Of a stretch of 12,312 nucleotides of DNA, positions 1-7,589 are shown piece after piece. The stretch comes from Candidatus Hermodarchaeota archaeon. Its GTDB lineage: Archaea; Asgardarchaeota; Lokiarchaeia; Sigyniarchaeales; SOKP01. Location: NCBI GenBank assembly GCA_048885925.1, contig JBHLLG010000083.1, positions 1 to 12,312 on the forward strand, written 5' to 3'. The position numbers and the translations under genes are program-made. The notes below the pieces were generated by a model. The model worked only from the letters and a program-made list of their open reading frames with translations, made no database searches and was not told the DNA's origin. Each line of letters starts with the position of its first letter. Position 1 is the first letter of the stretch.

Positions 1-1304
1 TCTAAACTAAATCCATCCGCAAGAAAAACTTGTATTGAGAAATTAATATTAATATTATAAGGAATTAATGAAGTAATATCAAATCCTCCTATCTTTGCTT
101 CCTGAAAGCTTGAATTAGCTTTACTTAACTTTATTGATTCTGATAATTTATTTGTATTAATATACGCTCTAATTTCGGAATTTGGGGATGCTTCAGTCCA
201 TATATCATTGATCATATATTTGAAATTAAGTCTAGCTTCATTTATGATGACCGTATCATTACTGACATCGCTGATTTTTCCCCCATCTTGATTCCAAGAA
301 ATAGAACTAAATTGATTAATTTTTTTTTCATAACTAAAAGTTAAATTAAAAGACCTAATTATTAAAGAATTCCATCTATCAATATCCACTCCTATTTCAT
401 TATCTTCACAATAAATATCTATTCCAAGAGTTATTGTGAAATTAATTCCATTAGTGCTTAATACTGAGTTTAATGAATCAATCAATACACTCTGGGGAAT
501 TATATCCATTGGTGTATCGGGAAAACTACTAATTATAGGGGAGTCTTGCCCAAGCTTTCCCGCTCCCGTATTATTAGTAGCTATTGGAATTGGTTCAAAT
601 GTTCCTTCTACATCAGATAATAAGACATAGAAATCTGCAAAATCCCCAGAGGAATAATCATCAATAGGAGGAGAGGGATCTCCTTCTCTCTCTATGCCAC
701 CTCCATCATGGTCTAAAGCTTGAACTGATGCACTAAATATTACTTCAAGAGATGCGGAAGTGATTTTATAATCTGACATATTAACAGGCATATTAATTGT
801 TCTTTCCCAGTGAACACTTGGTCTGTTTCTTGTTTGATTAATGTCTTCGTGCCATAAGTGAGAAACATAACAACCAGAAGAATTAATCACATAGGTATCT
901 GGTAAAATAGGTAAATCCGGATTTTGAAAAGGACTCCAATTTGTACTGCTGAGAGATTCATCAATTTTCATATCACGTGAATCTCCTATAACCTTTAAAT
1001 TCAGGTTACCTCCACCTGCTGTAGTTTCGATATCCGATTTATCTCCGATTAATTTTGAATACCAGGTTGGTTCGATTGGATCTTCAAAAGTTGGGTTTTC
1101 AAGCCATACTGCTGTAAGAGTCTCTTGAGCAGCTAAATTGGGGACGTGATTTTCACCTAATTCTGATCCTTTATTTCCTTTATTGAGGGAAGATTGAATA
1201 TTCTGACTATAATTGATAGAAAAGCATAAAATTGATGATAATACGATAATAATAATGATACTAAATACTCTTATACAATTCTTTTTAAAAATTACAGTCC
1301 CCAT
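1..1304 (-). CDS. Secreted / cell-surface glycoprotein-like protein (3' end runs off the window)
   Basis: Manual translation from the ATG at 1304 stays open for 434 codons to the window edge: MGTVIFKKNCIRVFSIIIIIVLSSILCFSINYSQ...AAQETLTAVWLENPTF...PSVHWERTINMPVNMSDYKITSASL...GIDIYCEDN...SISWNQDGG...GGFDITSLIPYNINFSIQVFLADGFSL-like end. It has a basic N-terminus plus a hydrophobic signal/anchor helix, a beta-rich S/T/N/D body and about 11 N-X-S/T sequons. The ORF track lacks it because there is no stop codon in the window. Confidence 0.85.
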   Translation of the reverse strand, partial: MGTVIFKKNCIRVFSIIIIIVLSSILCFSINYSQNIQSSLNKGNKGSELGENHVPNLAAQETLTAVWLENPTFEDPIEPTWYSKLIGDKSDIETTAGGGNLNLKVIGDSRDMKIDESLSSTNWSPFQNPDLPILPDTYVINSSGCYVSHLWHEDINQTRNRPSVHWERTINMPVNMSDYKITSASLEVIFSASVQALDHDGGGIEREGDPSPPIDDYSSGDFADFYVLLSDVEGTFEPIPIATNNTGAGKLGQDSPIISSFPDTPMDIIPQSVLIDSLNSVLSTNGINFTITLGIDIYCEDNEIGVDIDRWNSLIIRSFNLTFSYEKKINQFSSISWNQDGGKISDVSNDTVIINEARLNFKYMINDIWTEASPNSEIRAYINTNKLSESIKLSKANSSFQEAKIGGFDITSLIPYNININFSIQVFLADGFSL

Positions 1305-1340
1305 AATTAGTTTTCCTTAATTTTTTAATGAACAAATACA

Positions 1341-1348
1341 TATTTAAA
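1341..1348 (-). promoter_or_regulatory. Candidate archaeal TATA box (TTTAAATA on - strand) for the surface-protein gene
   Basis: Lies 37-44 nt upstream of the ATG at 1304 and matches TTTAWATA. The very AT-rich context weakens the call. Confidence 0.35.
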
Positions 1349-1713
1349 ATTAATATGCTAAATAGCTAAAAAGTAAATTTATATTTTACTCTAATTAAAT
1401 TTGAAATATACTCTTATGTGAATTTATTAGGATATCATCATATTTAAATTAAATTTCAAAAATTCCTATTTATATTTTGATTTGTGAAAATAACCCCATA
1501 AGTAAATAAAGTTAAAAAAAATAATAATGAAAAATGCTAAGAATGGGTAATAAGACTACTTTAGTATTCGAATAGACCTTTTATTAATTATTTTGATATT
1601 TTAAATCAATATTCTATTTAATTTGAATAAACTTTAATTAAAGAATAATAATAAATAATACTTAAGAAATAATTATAATATTTTAAATTATAAAACTTAA
1701 TTATCAAATTATT

Positions 1714-1721
1714 GAAGTGAT
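1714..1721 (+). promoter_or_regulatory. Shine-Dalgarno-like site (GAAGTGAT) supporting the TTG start at 1726
   Basis: One mismatch to archaeal GAGGTGAT, immediately upstream of the TTG. Confidence 0.5.
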
Positions 1722-1725
1722 ATGA

Positions 1726-2979
1726 TTGATCCAAGGCATTTTGACATTTCAGTTTAAAATTAATCAAAAAGAGACAGGTGAAATAGAACCTCAATTTGAA
1801 CCTATTCAACTAATTTTTCGAGAGGGAGAGTTCAACGAAGATAATTTCTCAGAATTAATTGTCGTAAATGATATATTCGCTATTTTTTATCAACATACTA
1901 CTGGACTTCAGGGTGTAAAATATAGTTACAGTAATTTTTATGAAGGAAGGCTAAAAGAAACACCATATCAAGTTATTTCTTTTTTTAAGCAAGTTGCGGA
2001 TGGTACTCAATATTTAGCTATTTCAATATTTGAGTTGGATGACGAGATTAATATTTTTGAGTATTTAATAAAAGCAATGGGAAATCGATTAGATAGTATT
2101 TTTGATAAATTAACAAGGGCTAGAAATTCAAAACAAATTTCATTAATTGAAAATATAACTATTAGACTAAAAAATGAATTAAAGTTCACTATTTTTCAAG
2201 TTGATCGTTTATCTAATTTAGATAAACTTCAGAAGGTTGCCTTAATATATAATAGCACTGATCGTATGAAAATTTTAAATCTATTACGAGATCGTCCTAT
2301 TTCGAAAAAAGAATTAAAAATGATCCTTGAAAAGACTTCTCCTACATTAAATTTAGATGTTGCAGTACAACCCTTTTTACAATTAAACCTTATTCGCCGT
2401 GATTGGATAAAAGGGGAAAAAGATAAAAAAACAGGTGAAATCACGCATGAAGGAGAATATTTATTTCTTGTGAAAGATATACTTCTATCTCGTATTCCGA
2501 ATGAAAATCTATTAAACCATTTTAAAGAAACTAAAAATGAATTGCTACCAATATATAGAGAAAAAGTTATTGAATTCTTTACAAATTATGATCCTTCTAC
2601 CCAACCGGTTGAAGAAACGAGAAAATTAGCATCAATTCTTTTGAATCCTGACGTTTATGATTTTTTTATATTAATGAGACATAATCATTATCCATTGGAT
2701 AAAATACCTAAAATATTTTCAGAATTTGCTGTAACGGAAATTTTATTAGATGACTTAAAAGATTTAAATATTATTACTGAAATAACTGATGCAAATGGCA
2801 GAAAATGGATATGTCTATTAACTGATATTAAACCATTGATTATTTTTCCTGAATATTTACTACCAAAAATTAGGGCTGCTTATAAAAACCAAGATTCTGA
2901 TGGATCAATAACTTACGAAATTGCTAAGAAAGCTCTTAGATTATTAGAACTAACATATCCAGAAAGGGTTATATTTTAA
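1726..2979 (+). CDS. Uncharacterised protein: putative N-terminal longin-like domain plus two tandem winged-helix domains
   Basis: 417-aa ORF. aa 1-160 follow a beta-beta-alpha-beta-beta-beta-alpha-alpha pattern (IQGILTFQF / PIQLIF / DIFAIFYQH / FYEGRL / YQVISFF / YLAISIF / IFEYLIKAMGNRL). aa 169-263 and 299-379 align with each other and look like wHTH domains (DRMKILNLLRDRPISKKEL...FLQLNLI...EYLFL). Confidence 0.7.
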   Translation: MIQGILTFQFKINQKETGEIEPQFEPIQLIFREGEFNEDNFSELIVVNDIFAIFYQHTTGLQGVKYSYSNFYEGRLKETPYQVISFFKQVADGTQYLAISIFELDDEINIFEYLIKAMGNRLDSIFDKLTRARNSKQISLIENITIRLKNELKFTIFQVDRLSNLDKLQKVALIYNSTDRMKILNLLRDRPISKKELKMILEKTSPTLNLDVAVQPFLQLNLIRRDWIKGEKDKKTGEITHEGEYLFLVKDILLSRIPNENLLNHFKETKNELLPIYREKVIEFFTNYDPSTQPVEETRKLASILLNPDVYDFFILMRHNHYPLDKIPKIFSEFAVTEILLDDLKDLNIITEITDANGRKWICLLTDIKPLIIFPEYLLPKIRAAYKNQDSDGSITYEIAKKALRLLELTYPERVIF

Positions 2980-3013
2980 GATTTAAAAGTTTAAAAAGAG
3001 ATGATTGTTAAAA

Positions 3014-5194
3014 ATGTATCTGTTTAAAGATAAGAAAATAGTTGAAGTACCAGTTACATGTAAAATTTGTTTAAAAGAAATCAAATTTCCGATTTCTGTT
3101 GATGAATATAAAGAAATTAAAAAGTTTCCAATTTCAAAAGAAAATATACATGGAGATCCAGCACACAAATTGATTGTATTTATGAATCAGTATTTAGAAG
3201 TTGAAAATTTTGAAATAAAAGATGTAATTGAAAAAGCTAAACAAGTTTCTTTTTCGAAAGAACTAACAAAGCAGGTATTAAGCGATATAGATTTATCAGA
3301 AGAAGAGATTGAACTTTATTTTCGAACTACCGGTCGAGAAGCCGTATCAATCGGAGAAATGGCTATTTTAATTAATAGATCAAAGGAAGACTGTAAAAAA
3401 ATTGCTGAGAAGTTTGTTGAAAAAGGTTTATTTAAAGAAATTATCGGAGCAACTCCTCATTACCAAGCATTACCTCCTTACGCTGCTTTAATAGCACAAT
3501 TAAGAAAATTTTATACCTATATTTCAGATATAAAATCAAACATACCAAAACAACTAGATAAATCTTTTGCTCAACTCGAAACAGAAGCAGAAGGTATGGA
3601 AAAATTAAAAGATTCCAGTGAAGCAATGACAGATTTAAAAGAGAAAATGCTTTCTCAGATTCAAGCTCAAAAAAAGGAATTTGATGATACACTTTCAGCA
3701 ATTGATAAGATTCGGACACTTAGTGAAGACATTTCCCAATTAGGAGATGTTAAAAAAACTCTTTCTGATGATCAAATTGGTACTTTATCTTATCAATTTG
3801 AAAATCTCAACCGAAGAACATCTCAAATAATTAAAACTCAAGTTGATCAACTAAAAACTCAATTTGGAGGTATTAAAACTACAATTACAGAGAATTTACA
3901 AAAATTACGTTTAGGGGTAATCCAACAGGCAGTGGGGGATGTCATTGAGAAAGTTATTGCTAATCGCTTAAAGGATATTACTGATAATTTAAATGTTCAA
4001 TTAAGTGTAAGCCAAACAGTATTCGCAGATGAATTAAAAAAGGCAACCCAAGGACTTGATACAGAAGTAGCTTCAAGATTAAACGAATCAATTCAGGATG
4101 CTGTTAAAAGTATTGAAGCTATTACTTCAAAAACAGGAGAAGATAAAGGAAAACTTTTTTCAGATCTTTCTAAAAACTTTAACCAAGCCGTAAAACTTGC
4201 AGAAGAAAGAATCGATGGTCTTTCTGGAGGAATTTTTCAGTCATTTGGAAACATTAGGGATATTTTTTCCAAAGGAATAGTTGATACTTTAGATAATACA
4301 TTGTCAGACATATTAAAAAGGCTTGAAGTAAGTGAAATTACTACTAAGGAATTCTGGGATCAAGCTAAAAGTAGAACAGGTTTTACTATGAAGGATATTT
4401 GGTTTATTAGATCTCCAGAAAGCGCTAAAGCTCATATAAATGAGCAAATTTCAAAAGCTAAAATGAGAGTTTTGATTGTAGCGCCAACTCTTTCTGATGT
4501 TGATATTAATGTAATTAAAGAGCGTCCTTCACGAATAAACTTTCGAATTGCTACTTATATTGATTCTATAAATCCCGAACATGAAAAAATTATGCAAGAA
4601 TTGGATAAGATGGATAATGTAGATTATAGAAACAGATCTTTACAAAATCTCTGGGGAATTAATAAAGATTATGAAGAGGTTATATTATGTGTACTTTCAA
4701 AAACCGAATTCAGAGGAGAAGAGATTACTGAAATAGCTGGTATTGGCAGTATTATCCAGGAACATATCAAAATTTTTGTACCAATTCTTGAAGATGCATG
4801 GGTTGGAGCTAGAAAGGAAGTTATGCGTACAATAAAAACTACTATGGCAAGAGAAGAGCCTTTACGTGTAATGACAATACCTCCAGAAGAAAAACCACGC
4901 ATGGTGGAAAAGCCAGAGGAAAAAAAGCCAATAGAAGTTTCAAAAGCACCCTTATTATCCAAAAATATCGATGAAATCATTAATAATCTTGATAATATGA
5001 CCGGAAGCGAGATTTCAAAAGCTTTAGAAAAGTTTCAAAGTGAATACGTGAAAATGGAGGGCTATAGTAGTGTACTAAAAAATATCCACACAATTAGTGA
5101 TGAACTAGCAAATAGAAATGAAATACTTGCCCAACCAGAACGGGATGAACTAAAATTATCTATGAAAATTTGGAAACAAAATCTAAATCTCTAA
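3014..5194 (+). CDS. TrmB-like multidomain protein: CxxC-H-H metal-binding domain, winged helix, ~300-aa coiled coil, inactive PLD-fold domain, C-terminal helical bundle
   Basis: The ORF track starts at TTG 3005, but ATG 3014 is preferred because GAGATGA (2998-3004) lies 9 nt upstream. Motifs: CKIC...HGDPAH; TrmB-type N-domain (LSEEEIELYF...SIGEMA...VEKGLF...YQALPP); long amphipathic helical region; TrmB-type effector domain (WFIRSPESAKAHINEQISKAKMRVLIVAP...DYEEVIL...LEDAW). Confidence 0.8.
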   Translation: MYLFKDKKIVEVPVTCKICLKEIKFPISVDEYKEIKKFPISKENIHGDPAHKLIVFMNQYLEVENFEIKDVIEKAKQVSFSKELTKQVLSDIDLSEEEIELYFRTTGREAVSIGEMAILINRSKEDCKKIAEKFVEKGLFKEIIGATPHYQALPPYAALIAQLRKFYTYISDIKSNIPKQLDKSFAQLETEAEGMEKLKDSSEAMTDLKEKMLSQIQAQKKEFDDTLSAIDKIRTLSEDISQLGDVKKTLSDDQIGTLSYQFENLNRRTSQIIKTQVDQLKTQFGGIKTTITENLQKLRLGVIQQAVGDVIEKVIANRLKDITDNLNVQLSVSQTVFADELKKATQGLDTEVASRLNESIQDAVKSIEAITSKTGEDKGKLFSDLSKNFNQAVKLAEERIDGLSGGIFQSFGNIRDIFSKGIVDTLDNTLSDILKRLEVSEITTKEFWDQAKSRTGFTMKDIWFIRSPESAKAHINEQISKAKMRVLIVAPTLSDVDINVIKERPSRINFRIATYIDSINPEHEKIMQELDKMDNVDYRNRSLQNLWGINKDYEEVILCVLSKTEFRGEEITEIAGIGSIIQEHIKIFVPILEDAWVGARKEVMRTIKTTMAREEPLRVMTIPPEEKPRMVEKPEEKKPIEVSKAPLLSKNIDEIINNLDNMTGSEISKALEKFQSEYVKMEGYSSVLKNIHTISDELANRNEILAQPERDELKLSMKIWKQNLNL

Positions 5195-5200
5195 TTTTTT
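5195..5200 (+). terminator. Oligo-T archaeal terminator candidate
   Basis: A T6 run directly follows the TAA at 5194. Confidence 0.4.
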
Positions 5201-5279
5201 AAAACTTTTAACTAATACACTTAAATTACTCATTTTTTATAATAAAATACTTATTATTTTATTTTTAATTACCTATTTT

Positions 5280-6293
5280 ATGGTTAAGGAGTTAATAACT
5301 CTTAAATCGGGAAAAGTTAATGATTATTTACATCACATCGGGATACCAGCGCGAACGTTGTCTCTTTTTTTGGGAGAATTCAGAGATTGTTCGATTTTAT
5401 TTGATAGTGCCACCTCTATAGATTATAAAAAAGGACTAAGATATATTAAAAAAAATCGAATTCCCTTATCATCATTCAAGTACTTAATAACTACTCATCA
5501 TCATTTCGATCATAACGGTGGAATGTGGAAGCTTTACGAAGAAATAAAAGAGCATAATCCAGATGTCAAAATCCTTACTAATCAATTAACCAAAACACTA
5601 TTAAATGATTATGAACTCCATCTAAACCGCGGAAGAAGTACATATGGAAATCTAGTTGGTGAGATGAACCCCATTGAAGAGGATGCTTTTAAAGTTATTG
5701 AACCAAGTAAAAATTTTAATAATAATCCCGATAAACTAGATATAATTGAAACCTTTTCAACTAATGGTTCAGAAGTAAAACTTGCAATATTAAAAACTCC
5801 AGGGCATACTCCAGATCACCAAACTCCAGTCTTAATAAAAGATGGATTAATAGATTTTATTTTTTTTGGAGAAGCTGCAGGTACAATACATCATTCTTCA
5901 AAGCTATTAACATTACCAACTTCAATGCCAATTTATTATAATCATGAAGATTATATGGAAACCTTAACAAATCTAAAAAATCTTGATCTCTCCTTAAAGG
6001 CAGGTTTTGGACATTATGGAGTAGTAAATGGGAAAAATAATGTTAAAGAGATTCTTTCAGAACATGAAAGCTTTATGAAGAAATTTGAATCTCTTATCAT
6101 AAAATATCATAGTGAAAAACCAGAAACAAGGTACATACTTGGAAAAATAATGCCAGTATTACTTCCAAGATCTGATTTATCTATTGATCATGATTCTGTT
6201 TATAGGAATATAAGCTTAGCAATTGTTTATGGAATGATGATATCCTTAGGTTTTCGCTCTATTCCTGAAGAAGAAATGAAATATTTAAAATAA
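5280..6293 (+). CDS. Metallo-beta-lactamase-fold hydrolase, substrate unknown
   Basis: MBL motifs in order: ILFDSA, THHHFDHNGG (HxHxDH), TPGHTPDH, FFGEAAG (Asp replaced by Glu), GFGHYG. Confidence 0.9.
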   Translation: MVKELITLKSGKVNDYLHHIGIPARTLSLFLGEFRDCSILFDSATSIDYKKGLRYIKKNRIPLSSFKYLITTHHHFDHNGGMWKLYEEIKEHNPDVKILTNQLTKTLLNDYELHLNRGRSTYGNLVGEMNPIEEDAFKVIEPSKNFNNNPDKLDIIETFSTNGSEVKLAILKTPGHTPDHQTPVLIKDGLIDFIFFGEAAGTIHHSSKLLTLPTSMPIYYNHEDYMETLTNLKNLDLSLKAGFGHYGVVNGKNNVKEILSEHESFMKKFESLIIKYHSEKPETRYILGKIMPVLLPRSDLSIDHDSVYRNISLAIVYGMMISLGFRSIPEEEMKYLK

Positions 6294-6350
6294 AAATTTT
6301 TAAAAGTCTATCCAAAAACTTCTAATTGATTATTATCATTAGATTTTATA

Positions 6351-7556
6351 ATGGATAGCGAATTGCCTACTTTTGATTTATGTATTATTGGGGGAAGCAT
6401 TGCTGGTAATTATTTGTGCTCTTTATTATCAAACACAAATATTAAAATACTTGTCATTGAAGAACACAAAACAGTTGGTTTACCTCTTCAGTGTGCAGGG
6501 ATCATATCTCAAAAATTGAGTAAAATAATAGAATTCCCTCGCGAAATCATCTTAAATCGCGTAAAGAGTGCCAAAGTCGTAGCACCTTCAGGAAGCTCTG
6601 TTAAAATCTCTGGACCTGAAAGTCCATATGTTATAGACAGAATAGCTTTAGATAATCTGTTTTTTGAAAAAGTAAAATACACTAAAACTATACAATATAG
6701 TTTAGGAGAAAAATTCAAATCCTTCAAATATATTAAATCAAATCATCAAAATTTTATACTTATTGAGACTTCAAGAAGAAAAATAAAATCAAAAATGTTA
6801 ATTGGATGCGATGGCCCCTTATCATTAGTAGCTAAGACTTTAGGAGTAAAAAATCGAAATTTATATGCTACTCAAATTCGCATAAAACATCTTTTTAATG
6901 AAAATGAAGCAGTACTGTTTTTCAATCCAAGATGGAAGCAATTATTCGGTTGGATAGTTCCTGAAGGAAATCAAATATATCGAATTGGTATGGCTTGCTC
7001 GAAAAATTTAGCGAAAAATTTTCACTTCTTTTTAAAAAATATTAGTATAAATGAAGAATCCAAAATTGATCAACAAGGGGGGCTTATACCCTATGGTTTA
7101 ATGAAATCTTTAGCATTTGAAAATGTTTTATTACTTGGAGATTCTGCTTGTCAGGTTAAAGCTACTACTGGTGGTGGTATTGTCATGCTTTTGATAGCAG
7201 CAAAATATGCTGCTTATTGTATTAAAAAATGTTTTAAACACAATCAATTTTCTCGAAGTTATATTAAAAAATATTATGAGAATCCTTGTAAATCTACAAT
7301 TGGGAAAGAATTGAAAATTCATTATTTAATTCGAATACTTTTAGAAAAATTTACGGATAGCGATTTTAAAAAGATTTTTCGAATAATAAAATCTAATAAA
7401 ATTGAGAATTTAATATCGATTTACGGTGATATGGATTTCCCAAGATCTTTATTATTCAAGCTAATTAAAAGTCCTTTAGTAATTTCTTTTTTTCTAAAAT
7501 TTCTTTTAAAAAATCCTTTCAGCTTATTCAAATTAATAAAAATATTAACGAAATAA
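6351..7556 (+). CDS. Geranylgeranyl reductase family FAD oxidoreductase (digeranylgeranylglycerophospholipid reductase-like)
   Basis: Rossmann start DLCIIGGSIAG, then PLQCAG, IDRIALD, IGCDG, FGWIVP (YxWxFP variant) and LLGDSACQVKATTGGGI. The 401-aa length is typical of GGRs. Confidence 0.9.
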   Translation: MDSELPTFDLCIIGGSIAGNYLCSLLSNTNIKILVIEEHKTVGLPLQCAGIISQKLSKIIEFPREIILNRVKSAKVVAPSGSSVKISGPESPYVIDRIALDNLFFEKVKYTKTIQYSLGEKFKSFKYIKSNHQNFILIETSRRKIKSKMLIGCDGPLSLVAKTLGVKNRNLYATQIRIKHLFNENEAVLFFNPRWKQLFGWIVPEGNQIYRIGMACSKNLAKNFHFFLKNISINEESKIDQQGGLIPYGLMKSLAFENVLLLGDSACQVKATTGGGIVMLLIAAKYAAYCIKKCFKHNQFSRSYIKKYYENPCKSTIGKELKIHYLIRILLEKFTDSDFKKIFRIIKSNKIENLISIYGDMDFPRSLLFKLIKSPLVISFFLKFLLKNPFSLFKLIKILTK

Positions 7557-7589
7557 AAATCAAATTACAAATGATAAGGAAGATTTTTT

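Noticed and set aside
436-630. 64-aa + strand ORF
   Set aside because: Antisense shadow of the long - strand surface-protein gene.
1305-1725. CRISPR array, ncRNA, replication origin or MITE in the long intergenic region
   Set aside because: No regularly spaced repeats, GC-rich stems, ORB-like G-string boxes, adjacent cdc6 or terminal inverted repeats were visible.
1618-1809. 63-aa - strand ORF
   Set aside because: AT-rich low-complexity translation overlapping the promoter and start of the 417-aa gene.
1774-2441. 11-bp repeat ACAGGTGAAAT at 1774 and 2431 (TGEI twice)
   Set aside because: Short, inside coding sequence and in non-equivalent loops, so likely chance.
2007-2444. Short ORFs 2007-2189 and 2229-2444 (-)
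   Set aside because: Antisense to the 417-aa CDS, with no motifs.
4880-4935. PEEKP/PEEKKP mini-repeat
   Set aside because: Ordinary low-complexity interdomain linker, not a DNA repeat element.
2983-4980. Short ORFs 2983-3168, 3441-3719 and 4669-4980 (-)
   Set aside because: Antisense shadows of the TrmB-like gene.
3014-5194. SMC/Rad50, chemoreceptor or active PLD nuclease call for the coiled-coil protein
   Set aside because: No Walker A/B or ABC signature, no MCP hairpin motif and no HxKxxxxD catalytic motif.
6509-7322. Short ORFs 6509-6727 and 7131-7322 (-)
   Set aside because: Antisense to the well-supported GGR gene.
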